This document shows, one piece after another, positions 1 to 11,903 of a stretch of 64,000 nucleotides of DNA. Made by a program: the position numbers and the translations under genes. The stretch is from Flectonema sp. DT1601. Its lineage: Eukaryota. The notes under the pieces were generated by a model. It saw only the letters and a list, made by a program, of their open reading frames with translations, was not told where the DNA came from and did not search any database. Positions within the stretch are counted from its first letter, which is position 1. Each line of letters starts with the position of its first letter. Where the stretch lies: NCBI GenBank assembly GCA_964019425.1, contig OZ025792.1, forward strand, positions 248,001 through 312,000, given 5' to 3'.

Positions 1-471
1 GTTAGGCCTGGTTGCAATGAAAAGAGACCAACAATTGGTTTTGATAAAATCCCATATGTGCTGTCGAATAGGGGATTCGGGGGGGGCACGTACTACTAAC
101 TGAGGGGAGGTAAACTATTTTTGACCATATTATTAATAAAAGGAAGTTTTTTTGATCGACTTTTTTGTCGCAGCGTATCTTCAATCAGAAACTAACAATA
201 AATATTTAATTCCTATTTAAAATTGTAGAACACTATAATTTGGTTACCGAGACCTAAAGCACACTTCCTTCAAACTGATATGAGCTACCTGATGCACGGT
301 AAACACGAAGGGTGATACCCCAAGCAAGTGAAACTTACTTTTTTTTGATTTACAACTGCGGTACCGATCTCAAGTAACATTTATGTGTTTCAGTCATTTC
401 TTTTTTTTTTTTTTTTTTTTTTTTTCCAGGTTGGTGTTGAATTTTTAATTCTCTGACAGCGACGATAACAT

Positions 472-2037
472 TCAGTCTATCGACTCAATCCACCTCAGAT
501 CACCAGCAACAAATAAAGTTGAGATCAATTCAACACCAGGAACAGGTATTAATAATACCATAGAACAAGCTTCTTCATTAACTGACAGTACTTTAGCAAA
601 ACCATAAACAGGACTTGACGCGGCAGTATCTTGATCAGGTGCTTGCGACAATGCTAAAATACTATGTTCTAACTGCTTCGAAGGTGTGATTTGGGTCACG
701 TCAGTTGCAGTCAACGTTGAGGCTTCACCGATTGGTAACAATCCTTGCTGTGGGTGATGTTATTTTGTAACCTGCTTGTTGAACACAACAACAACAACAA
801 CAACATGAAAAAAAATCCATACAATTTTATTAGAAAGGGAACCTCCAACCCTCACTATTGTTATTTTATCAAAATTAGGAACTTCAAAACGATGTGGGTG
901 GAGACGCATATGCGGCCAACCTGTTTATTTGTTGTAAAGAAGAGAGAGAAAAAAGTTTATTACAAAAATAGATCAACAGACTAACACACCATTGAAATAA
1001 GTAGAGAAGCGGGACCCACGTGTTCGCTCGCGATCTTTAGCTACGCAACCACCGCTGCGAGGGAGAAGATATACTTCTCCTTTACGGCCTTCACGACCTG
1101 CTGGAGAGGAGAGGAATGCGTGGCTCTTATCGTCACCAACAACAAGGACTGTGTTTATGTCGAATTGTTTTATCGCGTGGTTGATTTGCTTGGTTGTTAG
1201 ACCAGAACCAGATTTAACTATAACTCCACCACACTGAGCAAGTGGGTTAGCTTTCTGACGAGCATCTACTCGTTCTGCGAGAGTTGTAACAATATGACTG
1301 TAGAGATCTTCATTCTTTTCATCAACGGCAACACTTCCTAAAAATGAAACAGTTGGTGGGAATATTGAAAAGCCTTCATCAATAGGTACAGGCATATCAA
1401 TAGGAACGGCACCTATACTACCAGGTATACTTACAGTGTTATCATTCGGATCTATGTCTACGTATGTGAGTTGCCAGTCAAGTCTCGCAGCATAATTTAC
1501 AAGTATTTTAGCAATCGTGGCCTTACCGGAGTCAGGAGCTCCGCATATCAAGACACGAGGACCGTCCGGATCTTCTCCTTTTTCACTCCGTTCTTTCGCA
1601 GCCCGTCTTTGCACTTCAAGTTGGCTATGCAGTTTGGCGTAATTTTGCATCGATGATGACTGTGAAATGTACACGTTATCACCCTCCATTTTCTGAACTT
1701 CTACAACACATCCATGCCAAGTATATACCGCAGCGCTGGTACCTGGTAGGACATCATAGAAATTTCTGTTTTGTGTTTTTTCTTTTTTTTGAATTTTACA
1801 AATGAATTCTACACATTACTGAGACAATAATCATACCCAGGAGCCATTTCTGAACCTAATATTTCTGCAAACCTACCCGGCTCGGCGAGTAGTCGAATCT
1901 TAGCGGGGCTGGCTTTGTATGGCTGTTTTATTAAGATATCTTCTTTTTTTTTGCAAACAGTTTTTTTTTTACAACAACACAGAACCACTACATACCACTT
2001 CAAAGCGAAGCTCGTTTCCAGGCGGAACTGCCGTCAT
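472..2037 (-). CDS. CLP1: mRNA cleavage/polyadenylation factor Clp1 (polynucleotide 5'-kinase family), 5 exons, ~425 aa
   Basis: Manual exons 2037-1996, 1922-1837, 1765-990, 920-823, 747-472 join in frame (1278 nt) through GT-AG introns. Motifs ELRFEV, AEILGSEMAP, YTWHGC, GPRVLICGAPDSGKAT (Walker A), YVDIDP, SIPGSIGA, RSGG, LLPIG match the Clp1 family. Confidence 0.93.
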
Positions 2038-2221
2038 GTTGTTATTATATTCTTGTTAATAAAGGCGGAAGGGGTCAAATGACTTCCTATTTTTCCCTCC
2101 CTCTTAGAGATGAAATAAAATGAAGAAAATACTTAACTTTGTAAATCTGACATTGTTTTCTAACAGCGTAAGTGACTGAGACTACATAAGATTCGCAATT
2201 CTATAAAGAAAGCTGTTTTGC

Positions 2222-4438
2222 TCACCAGCGGTTTCGAAACCGAAACCAATGAGATAATTTTATAAAATAAACATGAAGCAGCTGATTTCTCACTAAGCTG
2301 TGTAAAGATAGCATCTTCAATGAGATTACCGACCACTGCAGTAGCCTATCAAAATATTTTTTGTAAAGATAAGAAGCACAGACTTGTATTCGCATTCGAC
2401 CTAACAAAGACTGCCTCCGAGATAGAATTCCTCTCTGTGAGAACTTAACCAGTCTCTGAAAGTATACATTGAGAATACGAATTACTGCAGTATTCGCAAA
2501 CGACGAGCTAACCATTCTGAATGATGATTTTTTAACACTGCGAATTGCATATTTTCGCAGCCTTTCATAACAGCGTGTCAGTACCTTAATGGTGTTAACT
2601 ACTTTGATATATCGAACGTAATTCTGTCTTGACATACTTTTATTAAACCAAAAGGTCAACTGATCCCAGAGCTGTCTTAGTCGTTTCTGAGCAGTTGACC
2701 GTAATAATAAAGTTGACAAGAATTCTAAATATATCCGAGCAGTAACCCGTTGCAGTGATATATATCTCTTATGTTGAGGTAGTTTGCTGTAGTTGGGAAT
2801 GGTTTGGGATTTTTTCCCGTTTAAATGAATCGCATAAATAAGATTGTACTCTTTGTTAGTCATACGCGGATTCTCTAAAGCTGACTTTAAGTTACTCAAC
2901 ACGTGAGTTCTTTGTTTCGTAATCAGTGTGCGTGGAGGAACAAACAAAGAAACTGTTTCTAAAACTTGTGCTACTTTGTCTTTCCAGTTTAGAGTTGGTA
3001 TGACTAATCCCTGACAACATAAGGCATACTTCCATGAGGCTGCTCGTTGTTGTCGAAGTGCCTCACCATGTAGATATCTCTCAGCATGTAGTAATTTATC
3101 TGAAGTGTCTCCAGTTGGTTTTTCTGTTGTATTTATAAGTGTTTTTGACATAATTTTGTGTGATCGCTCACGTTCTGTCCCTGTGACAATAATACTTCTT
3201 ATCGTCTGCATGTGTGAAGCTTCTTGTACCCCAGCAGTAATCAATAGCTTGCCAAAAGAGTTTCCTTCAATTGGTTCTTCAAGATGCTTATATTTGCTTC
3301 GTTCTTCACCTTCACCATTATCAGGTTGGTTACTGCATTGATCGTTACTAGTAGCTGCTTCTAATCTTTTGTCATCATTGAGAATCCCAACACTACTTGT
3401 AGAGATGCTTATTTCAGAAGACTTCTTCGTACTATTTATTTCCGCAGTATTTGTGAAAGCTGTCAGATTGATCGCAGAGCCTACATTAATAGGGTTCGGT
3501 TGATCACCAGAAGAGCTATTTCGTTCGAGATTTTCAATAGCCAAAGCCTTCTGGTGAGGATGATGCTCGCTAGCAACTGATGGAATGCCTAACAATGATT
3601 TATAACTACAACAAGGTTGGAAATCATGTGGTGATGTGACACTCACCCCCGATTTGAAGCTCGTATGTGTTTCTGGTATTTGGTGTAGTAGTGCTGGTTG
3701 ATTTGCGACTACTATGGAAGCTGATAATCCAGTCAAACGTAAAGCTCTTGAAACTCTAGAAACATAGTCTGGTGACATCCCAGTGATAGGCAAACTGTCG
3801 TGTGGTTGATTATCCTCAAAAAGGTGTAAATGAGATACGAAAAACGGAGACAACAGAGGATGGGTTGTGGGCCCGACGTTTGGGTCGGATATTAAAATCG
3901 ATTGAGTTGAAAAAACGTAGCGAAAATCATCAATCAAAGCCGAAGGGTAACATCTTCCTCTAAAATAAACGACGAATGGAAAACAAAATCCATTCCTCCA
4001 AATTTGAACGGCTTCAACTACTCTACAGGCAGCTGTTTGCATATCCATAAGACACTTTCGGATATCAATACGAGAACTAACACAGTCAGCAATCCCAATC
4101 TCTTGTCGCAATGATATTCGACGTTGTAATGTAAGAAATATCTTCGTGTAAATCTTTACTTCGTTGACAACGGATCGCTTTAATTTAATTTGATTTTGTA
4201 TAAATGATTGTAAGGACAAAAGGCTTTGAAGTGTTTCCGTATTGTACAACAATAAATATTTCTCATACAGCCATAGATCTGCTGCTGTAATCTCACAGTC
4301 TACGGAGAGTTGTCGAATTGCCTGACGAATGTTGTCAATCTTTATACGAAGAGCTTGACATTCAGTTGTTCGAAGTTCAAGTTGTTTGCTATTTATCGTC
4401 ACACGTTGACGTCGTAAAAAGTCAACTGGGGAACCCAT
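2222..4438 (-). CDS. Hypothetical protein, 738 aa (N-terminal coiled coil; C-terminal basic repeats with YF..L..W spacing, possibly Sfi1-like)
   Basis: Long uninterrupted ORF on the same strand as all other genes. No family confidently recognised. Confidence 0.7.
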   Translation of the reverse strand: MGSPVDFLRRQRVTINSKQLELRTTECQALRIKIDNIRQAIRQLSVDCEITAADLWLYEKYLLLYNTETLQSLLSLQSFIQNQIKLKRSVVNEVKIYTKIFLTLQRRISLRQEIGIADCVSSRIDIRKCLMDMQTAACRVVEAVQIWRNGFCFPFVVYFRGRCYPSALIDDFRYVFSTQSILISDPNVGPTTHPLLSPFFVSHLHLFEDNQPHDSLPITGMSPDYVSRVSRALRLTGLSASIVVANQPALLHQIPETHTSFKSGVSVTSPHDFQPCCSYKSLLGIPSVASEHHPHQKALAIENLERNSSSGDQPNPINVGSAINLTAFTNTAEINSTKKSSEISISTSSVGILNDDKRLEAATSNDQCSNQPDNGEGEERSKYKHLEEPIEGNSFGKLLITAGVQEASHMQTIRSIIVTGTERERSHKIMSKTLINTTEKPTGDTSDKLLHAERYLHGEALRQQRAASWKYALCCQGLVIPTLNWKDKVAQVLETVSLFVPPRTLITKQRTHVLSNLKSALENPRMTNKEYNLIYAIHLNGKKSQTIPNYSKLPQHKRYISLQRVTARIYLEFLSTLLLRSTAQKRLRQLWDQLTFWFNKSMSRQNYVRYIKVVNTIKVLTRCYERLRKYAIRSVKKSSFRMVSSSFANTAVIRILNVYFQRLVKFSQRGILSRRQSLLGRMRIQVCASYLYKKYFDRLLQWSVISLKMLSLHSLVRNQLLHVYFIKLSHWFRFRNRW

Positions 4439-4923
4439 CGATGTTGTCTTACGTCATCCATATCAGAAGGGAACTCTTTTGTTTCACTGGATTAAGTAAA
4501 TAGTTAATAAAGCTTTGTGTGATTAAATAAAACTTTTTTCATTAAAGCTGTGCACCTAAAAACAACACCTCACGTTGGACAACTTTCACGTCACGAAGAA
4601 AAAAAGTTAAAGAAGAAAAAGTTCAGTTTTTGCGATTGCTTTTTGGCATTTTATTTTTTATTGCTTTTTTTTTTTTTTTTTTTTTTTGACAACACTTTCT
4701 CACGACACGTACTTGCTAGGTTAGTAGGCATCTCAGAGAATACAATTCACATCACATGTATCTTATGAAAACACTTCTGTGATTTATAATTCAAAGAGGA
4801 ATCCAAGCAGAGGTGTCGCTACTAAAATGTTTTTCATTTCTCTTTTTACAAAAAAAAAAAAGAAACGGCATCATGAAAATCACTACTCCATTAGTAAGAA
4901 TATAGTAGAAGTGTATTTTCTGT

Positions 4924-4964
<41 letters not shown>

Positions 4965-5979
4965 GTATGTATTTTTTTTGTTTGATTTACAAAGTGTCAG
5001 CCAATTCGATAATCGTGAGACACTCACAAGAGTACTGAACCAGCTGATATATTTACGCTCGAATGGGGGGGGTTAACTGTTCGATTTTTGTACGTAAAAT
5101 ACAAATGTATTGTATCATAAACAACATAACGATAATAACATTAGTTCTGAGATACAGAGCTCGAATGGAGGGGGGGGAAACCAAAAAAGATCGCAGTACA
5201 AAAAAAAAAAAAAAAAAAAAAGAAAAGCAGTCATCCCCATAACAGAAATAGTTAGTGATTGTTATTATTGCGGGAGGATATCACAAAATAAATAAATAAT
5301 CAAATATCTAGAATTGGGAGGTTGAACCCCCCCCCAGAAGATTTATTTTGATATTAATTATTTATATTTAAAAGTTTACAGTTTTGACGTTAGATTACAT
5401 CGCATATTTCAGATAAAACTATAAAAAAAAAGAAAAAAAGATTTAGTCGGAATGTGATACTCAAAGAACGAGATGAACTTGGTACTTTAAAGTGTCACAA
5501 AGTAAATTTATAAATTGAAAAGAGGAAAGAAAGGAGAGAATCAATACCGAGTCACGCATTAATTTCAAAGAATTAACGCTACTAAATATTTGAAGAAAAA
5601 AAAAAGTTCATTTCATTTCTATTTGTTCTTCTTTCCGTGAATAAATCACTGTTGGGTAGTCACGAAAAACACACCAAAAACGGTGCAGAAAGGGGGACTT
5701 GGATAAATAAATCAAGGGGGAGAGGTACAAAGAAAACTGGCAAATAAAAAAAAAAGAAAGATAAAAAATAATAATTATAATCGAAAAATCATATTTAATT
5801 CGATCTCGGAAAAACACCACCAATGAATAGTGGCTTGACTGCCTGCGTGGTTAGAGCATGGCTATCTGTGAAATCTATATTGTATATTTTTTTTATTGTA
5901 AAGTACTAAACTCATATGACCGATTATTCTACGTTAGAACATGTTCATCAACTGTTCATTAATTACTATTTCGATAAAT

Positions 5980-8964
5980 TCAAATCAGCTTAGTGAAATC
6001 AACGTAAGCAGACTCAGTAGCTCTGAGAAGAGTTTTTTCAGTTGTTGGATCTTTAATGTGGATTTCCCCTCTAAGACCATAAACAACTCCAGTCTTTGGA
6101 TCAACCAACGCAAACAGTTTTGCTTCTTCTTTAGAGTCGTCAAGTTGCACTTCAGACTTTCCTTCTTTCTTTGCTTGATAACCAATTTCTTTTAAAGTGT
6201 TGGCGTATGTGTATGAAACAGATCCCGGAATAGATCTGTAGCTTGTTGATATTCTGATGTAGAAGTGTTCTGCTCCTTCTTTTTCTCTACTGCAGATAAC
6301 ATAGAAACGTTCCAAAGTTAACGGATTATCAACTGATAACCATAACTGACAATCACAATCAGAACCAATTCCATCGTATCCACTACTTGATCCATCCTTC
6401 TCTAAGTCTGCTACAGCATCTTCGTATGTCGGGTAAGCACTTGAAAGGGGAACGTTGCTGTGCTCAAATTCAATTTGAAGTGTCTTTCCAGCATCGTCTT
6501 TAAAGTTAACACGACACTGAACAATACCTGACTGCAAGCAGTCAATTTTAGATAAGAATCCATGATGTAATCTTGTTCTCATCTCAGTACCATTGTACAT
6601 TACAACTCCTTCAAGTACTTGACGGCCAGTGAAGTGAAGTTCAACAGTTTCGTGAGAGTTAACTTCGAAAGTGGACATGTCTTCGATTGTTTGAATGTCA
6701 ACACGTCCGTTGTAAGTTCGTGAAGGGATACCAACAACAGTGTCTCTTCCTTGTTTGGTTACGAATCGACACCATTCTCCCTTTCCATTTTTATATTCCG
6801 AGTAGAATTCCGTAACTGCTATTCTCTTATCACTCGGATTTGTAATACAATACTTTGGAGAAGTGATTGACTGAAAGCTGACAGCAGGATCTCTATAACC
6901 ACTGTTAGTAGCTCTAGGTTCACCAACTGGTTTAATCTGAAGAACAGAATCACCTGTTGCAGTGTATGAGTCACCCTTCTTACAGTCAGGTTTTGTCTTT
7001 AATGAAAGTACGCTGGCTACTTCTCTGTCGCCTTCAAATTCACTCTTTGGGAGAGAGTATTTTGAAGTGTCTGGTGGACCCTCGACGGGGATTTTAATTG
7101 ATTCGATCTCCCCCTTCTCAAACTGAGGTCCTCTAAGTTTGAATTTGATAATCCTCTCTTCAGGAACAGTATTTTGCGTTACCTTCACTGACAACCTGAC
7201 TCCTGTTACTTTATCTCCTGTAAGTATCCAGTGGGCCTGGGCGTACCAAGGCTCTTCTAAGAGGTCGACTTCTCCTTGTGGTTCTCTGTGAATGAGTGTG
7301 TCTACTTCACCTTTAGCAACCATGGCTCCTAATTTTGCGATTTCTGGTGCTGTTAATCCGAGACCCCAAACAGGTGGAGCCTCTTCATGTGAGTAGTTTG
7401 CAACTTTCTGCTCTGTGTCGTAAAACTTTAATAAAAGGAGCTGCTTACGGTCTGGGTCTTCGTAAGCACCGAGTTCACTGAGTCCAATTTGGATTGACTT
7501 TTGTGCGTTGCAGACCTGACCCTTTGCTGTGCGGTCCCAGTCGAAACCTTTCAAGTGCTCCCAGTAGTGTTCATATCTTCGATCTCTATCATATCCGTGA
7601 TCCTTACGACGAATCCATTCATCGAATGCTTCCAGTGCTTGGAGTGTTTCCTTCTTTACTGACTTCTGTTCATTACCTTCACTTACAGCTGCAGTAGCCA
7701 CAAGTAAACCTAACTTGTAAAGTGGCCTTGCTGACACTTCTGGTGATGCAGGCACATCAATCCCGAGAGCTTCTGCATTTTGCTTCAACTTGTTCTTCGC
7801 AAACTCAAACGGATTCTGGACCAGACCCATTGGCTCTAATTCTTTACTACGTACTTGAAGACGGAGTAATAAATCCATTTGAGCCTCAAGTTGCATTCTC
7901 AGATCAGATTTCTTTGTCGCGTCGTTCTCTGATGCGAAGGCCATTCGATTACGATCGATGTGAGCTTCGAGATCCTTGAGTTTGTTATTGATTTGATCAG
8001 TACGCTTGATTGCAGAAGATATAGCGGCCTTGACCTGAGGTAAATTGGAACTGTGTTTTAACACTTGTTCTACAGCAAGGTCTGGTTCTGTGAGATACAG
8101 AGTTAAGACCGCATCCTCGATATTTACGAAATAGGATTCTTCAAGTGGGTACTTCAACAAGTTTAATATTGCTAACAAAGAGTGTCCGCGCAGTTGATGA
8201 GAATTTTCACCCTTCTGAGCATGGAGATTATCCATCAGTTTCCCAAACGCTATACTCCTCAACCCTGAAGTCTCCTTCACTAACGTTGATAAACAACTAG
8301 TAGCTGCACACTGAAGGGTCCAGTCTGATGAATGTGTCTCACAGAATTCCTCCATTGCCGTGAGGCGTTCTCTGCGTTTGTCGTAACCTTTTGAAGCAAG
8401 AATGGTTTTTTGTAAATATTCTAAAAAAAGAAATCTGGTGTACGCATCTTCAGTTACTAAACTGTTCACCTTTGTGAATGGAATCGTAGCGTCAGCTAAC
8501 ACCATTGATTTAATTTTCTTATCGACTGGTTTAGATACAACTTGAAGTAGACTCGTACACAACGACAATTGATGTTTCATAACAAAACTATCAAGGTGAG
8601 GTAACTTCGATAAAGAACGTTGAATGGTTTCGTAAGATGCCTCAACGTCTTTAAGGTTTTCTTTTGATCCAGAAAACCACATCTTGTGTAAGAATAATCT
8701 CGATACCGAGAGCATATCGCATCGTACACTCGGTTGAATTTCTTTCTCTGAAGCAGCTGCCTTGAGAAGCACTAGAAGAGGAGTCATCAGAGAGGTTGAC
8801 TTTTCCAAATTAATCTCTCGAAGAAGTGACATAGCTGTTGCTGTTCTTTCATGATACTCTCGTTCAACTGATTCAGCAATTACAACAACCGATCGATTAA
8901 CAGCTGAATCGACATCTAGAGAACCCTTCCTTTCTCTTATAGGACTACTACTACCACTTCCCAT
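5980..8964 (-). CDS. Hypothetical protein, 994 aa, putative N-myristoylation (MGSGSS), helical N-terminal half with coiled coil, beta-rich C-terminal half
   Basis: Long intronless ORF with MGxxxS N-terminus. No family recognised. Confidence 0.82.
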   Translation of the reverse strand: MGSGSSSPIRERKGSLDVDSAVNRSVVVIAESVEREYHERTATAMSLLREINLEKSTSLMTPLLVLLKAAASEKEIQPSVRCDMLSVSRLFLHKMWFSGSKENLKDVEASYETIQRSLSKLPHLDSFVMKHQLSLCTSLLQVVSKPVDKKIKSMVLADATIPFTKVNSLVTEDAYTRFLFLEYLQKTILASKGYDKRRERLTAMEEFCETHSSDWTLQCAATSCLSTLVKETSGLRSIAFGKLMDNLHAQKGENSHQLRGHSLLAILNLLKYPLEESYFVNIEDAVLTLYLTEPDLAVEQVLKHSSNLPQVKAAISSAIKRTDQINNKLKDLEAHIDRNRMAFASENDATKKSDLRMQLEAQMDLLLRLQVRSKELEPMGLVQNPFEFAKNKLKQNAEALGIDVPASPEVSARPLYKLGLLVATAAVSEGNEQKSVKKETLQALEAFDEWIRRKDHGYDRDRRYEHYWEHLKGFDWDRTAKGQVCNAQKSIQIGLSELGAYEDPDRKQLLLLKFYDTEQKVANYSHEEAPPVWGLGLTAPEIAKLGAMVAKGEVDTLIHREPQGEVDLLEEPWYAQAHWILTGDKVTGVRLSVKVTQNTVPEERIIKFKLRGPQFEKGEIESIKIPVEGPPDTSKYSLPKSEFEGDREVASVLSLKTKPDCKKGDSYTATGDSVLQIKPVGEPRATNSGYRDPAVSFQSITSPKYCITNPSDKRIAVTEFYSEYKNGKGEWCRFVTKQGRDTVVGIPSRTYNGRVDIQTIEDMSTFEVNSHETVELHFTGRQVLEGVVMYNGTEMRTRLHHGFLSKIDCLQSGIVQCRVNFKDDAGKTLQIEFEHSNVPLSSAYPTYEDAVADLEKDGSSSGYDGIGSDCDCQLWLSVDNPLTLERFYVICSREKEGAEHFYIRISTSYRSIPGSVSYTYANTLKEIGYQAKKEGKSEVQLDDSKEEAKLFALVDPKTGVVYGLRGEIHIKDPTTEKTLLRATESAYVDFTKLI

Positions 8965-9359
8965 TGTTTTATTAGTTTTAAAAGGTCTGTTTGAACTGAC
9001 TGAGAGTAATTACTATAAAAAGGATGATCTGATCTAACCTACTCAACCTTAATCCATACGGTTTGGTTACAAGAAAAATTACAATATCAATAATCATACG
9101 GAAGAACACGCGTTGAGATATAAAAAAAAAAAAAAGGCACCTAACAATTTAGGATGCGAGAGTTAGTTGACAACCACGCCTGAGGGACCAAATAACTTTC
9201 ATTAACAGTGACGTTGTTCGAACGATTTTTCTTTTTTTTTTTTTTTTTGAAAAACCCAATAAAAACACACAAGAAAAGTCACATATATCATTGTACACAC
9301 GCCCTCATCAACGAGGTTTTCGTTCAATTTTGAAATAATAAGAAAACACAGCAGGGTAT

Positions 9360-10484
9360 TTACCAACCTAACTTACCTGCGATGAAGGTATAGCCTGCAG
9401 CAGCAATTTCATTGTCTCCGGCGATGCTAGGATGACCACAGCAAGTGTTGTTACCAGAGAAGGAGGTTTGATCTAAGAAGTAAGCATGAACTCCTTGAAG
9501 ACGTACAAACGCTACAATTTCTCTAACCTGAAGGCAGTACAAGTTACTTATTGGACCACATGCAAGAAACCATTTCACAGATGAGCCGTAGCTTCTTGAT
9601 GTTGCCATTATCATAGAAGAATACTTAGTAACGAATTCTGTACAAAAACCATCCACACAATGCACACGATCATTAGTTCCGAGATTTATAACAACAGCAT
9701 GTGGAATCCAACTAGAGAACTTCCAGAGATGACCATCAACCGAGAGAAGAGTTCTCTTGTAGATGTCTGGCATAGTTACCGGACCAGGATTGTAATTACG
9801 CACTACACCGTAACCAGACCAAGCAGCAGTGTGGCAATCTGCTTTGGCACGTCTACATATTTGACTTGCCCAAGAATCATAAAAGGACTCAAGGGCAACA
9901 CCTTTACTTCCAGGAGTCTGTGTGTGACACATATTACAAAAACCTGCAGTTATGCTGTCACCTACAAACTCTATTCTACGAGGTGCTAATGGTGGAGGAG
10001 GGATAAAACGTCCGCTATCAATACTAACAGATGTTATTGTGATGTATGATTCTTGGGGGATGGCTGCATTCCATTCGGCTTCAGTTGATTTAAAGAAATT
10101 AATATAATTTTTATATCCGCTCCACACGTGTGCAATTGCGTACTTCGCAACGGTGTAGTTGGAGCTGGTTTCTGTTGAGATTCGATATGGTTGGCGTTTG
10201 CCGTTGACTTCGACTTCGAAGAAGTTTGGAGTGAAGTTCCTTGTGCTATTTATTACTCTGTCGTGTAACACCTTTAAGCTAACACTCACTTCTGTGGCTC
10301 CTTCAACACCAATTCGGATACTAACACCTGGAGCATCGAAACTGCTGCTGCCATCACCATGGCGTATATTTCTCCCAACAATTTGAATCAACGGATTATC
10401 TGCAGGAATCGTAGTAGACGTGTCTATTTCATTGCTTGAAGACACTACTGAAAAACAGATCAACAGTGTTATGGTAGCAAACAT
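9360..10484 (-). CDS. Secreted SGNH/GDSL hydrolase, carbohydrate esterase family 2 (acetylxylan esterase)-like
   Basis: Signal peptide MFATITLLICFSVVSS from ATG 10484. Blocks RRIEFVGDSITAGF, AWSGYG, VINLGTND, GHPS, preceded by a beta-rich N-terminal domain as in CE2 enzymes. Confidence 0.85.
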   Translation of the reverse strand: MFATITLLICFSVVSSSNEIDTSTTIPADNPLIQIVGRNIRHGDGSSSFDAPGVSIRIGVEGATEVSVSLKVLHDRVINSTRNFTPNFFEVEVNGKRQPYRISTETSSNYTVAKYAIAHVWSGYKNYINFFKSTEAEWNAAIPQESYITITSVSIDSGRFIPPPPLAPRRIEFVGDSITAGFCNMCHTQTPGSKGVALESFYDSWASQICRRAKADCHTAAWSGYGVVRNYNPGPVTMPDIYKRTLLSVDGHLWKFSSWIPHAVVINLGTNDRVHCVDGFCTEFVTKYSSMIMATSRSYGSSVKWFLACGPISNLYCLQVREIVAFVRLQGVHAYFLDQTSFSGNNTCCGHPSIAGDNEIAAAGYTFIAGKLGW

Positions 10485-11068
10485 CGTTAGGTGATGACCT
10501 ATTTTTTTATAAAAAAAAATAAGATTGAAATACAAAAAAAATAAAAAAAAAATCAGGAATCAACATCACTATTCCTAACTTACTAACTGACTGATAACGT
10601 GTTCTTTTTTAACTAAGCAAGAGGATAGATAAATGGGTGTGATAAATACGTAACAAATATTTTTTTCTTTTTTTTTTTTTTTTTTTTTTTGTGTGTTTTC
10701 TTTTTTCTTTCTTTTCATATTTGATAAAACAGATTAGTTCTCCAGAATTGGTTTCATTTAAAAAGCCAATCAAATGAATAGAACTCCCTCCGATGTACGT
10801 AACAGAGTAATTTTTTTTTCTTTCCCTTTGAAGGGGTTTTGTTTTTGAGATCCCCCTGTTGTATTGAGGAGGCACAACAGTAGTTGACTTCACACAGGAA
10901 GTGAATGGCTGCACTAGCTAACTGTCAAAGGCCTCAGAGTTGGCTCTCCGTAGCGAGGTTTTTGCTTTTGCAGCAGCAGACTTGTCGTCATTACATTCGG
11001 TAGCCGTCATGATTGCTCGCAACTGAACTGATTCTTACTTACAGCGCCCTACGAGATGACAAAACATT

Positions 11069-11638
11069 TCATTCTTCGTTGCTGTCAATCTCTTCGTCTG
11101 AGTCAGTTTCGTCATTAGCTGGTGTTTTAGATTCCCCCGATGCTGGTACTGCGTGGGATGCTTTCTTAGTGGCTATCTTAGCATTACACCTTGCGATGAT
11201 TTGTTCTACACCTTTGATAGCATCATCTGGTTCTAACTTCTCAAACTTTCTCTCACAAGAACGTCTGAATCGCTCTGGTAGGCGCTCCATGTCCTTTCTC
11301 AAAGTAATGAGTTTTTGTGCCCTAATAAGATCTTCTTCTGGAACCGCATAAGGCTTCTCACACTTAGCACACACTTTACGCTTGAGAGAGCACTCTTGAC
11401 AGATTCCGTGGTATGGTCGACGAATTGATCTTTGACTGCATGTGTGGCATCTAGATGGCTTTGTTAGGGGCTTATACTTTCCGTATTTCTGCCTCCATTC
11501 GATTACTTCAACGCACTTCTCGCAGCAGTTGTGGGTAGACCCTTCCATGAAATCCTCACCAACCTTCAGGTCATCCTGATGCTTAAGCGGCACCCATGCC
11601 GTTTTATTCTGGTGAGTGCCTTTTAATTTACCAGGCAT
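11069..11638 (-). CDS. C9orf85: C9orf85/DUF2039 family Cys-rich protein
   Basis: HQNKTAW...CCEKCVEVIEWRQKYGKYKPL...CHTCSQRSIRRPYHGICQECS...CAKC is the characteristic pattern of this family. Confidence 0.85.
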   Translation of the reverse strand: MPGKLKGTHQNKTAWVPLKHQDDLKVGEDFMEGSTHNCCEKCVEVIEWRQKYGKYKPLTKPSRCHTCSQRSIRRPYHGICQECSLKRKVCAKCEKPYAVPEEDLIRAQKLITLRKDMERLPERFRRSCERKFEKLEPDDAIKGVEQIIARCNAKIATKKASHAVPASGESKTPANDETDSDEEIDSNEE

Positions 11639-11903
11639 TTATAAATTACGCTGTTGAGTGAAAAGAAAAAAAATATTAAAAAAAGAAGTAATTCCTTTTT
11701 GTAGCCCTCAGTTACTTGCAGGGCAATGTCATTAGTGCTGACTTAAAGTAGATAAAAAGATGAATAATATTAAGTCTAATGAAGACGCCTGCTACCTTAC
11801 GTAGGTGATGTCAATGTGCAATAGGACTAAGGCCTTGCTATTTCAAGCGCAGTGTATAACATGCGTGTTAAGAGAAGTCGGTTATGTCATGTTAGTATTG
11901 TTG

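Noticed and set aside
748..772. Apparent in-frame TAA in Clp1 if the CAG acceptor at 772 is used, suggesting stop-codon reassignment
   Set aside because: Using donor 822 and acceptor 748 gives an open, Clp1-like frame, so no alternative genetic code is needed.
5825..5875. TGGTTAGAGC, resembling a tRNA D-arm or A-box
   Set aside because: No T-arm (GTTCRA) or acceptor stem at the right spacing.
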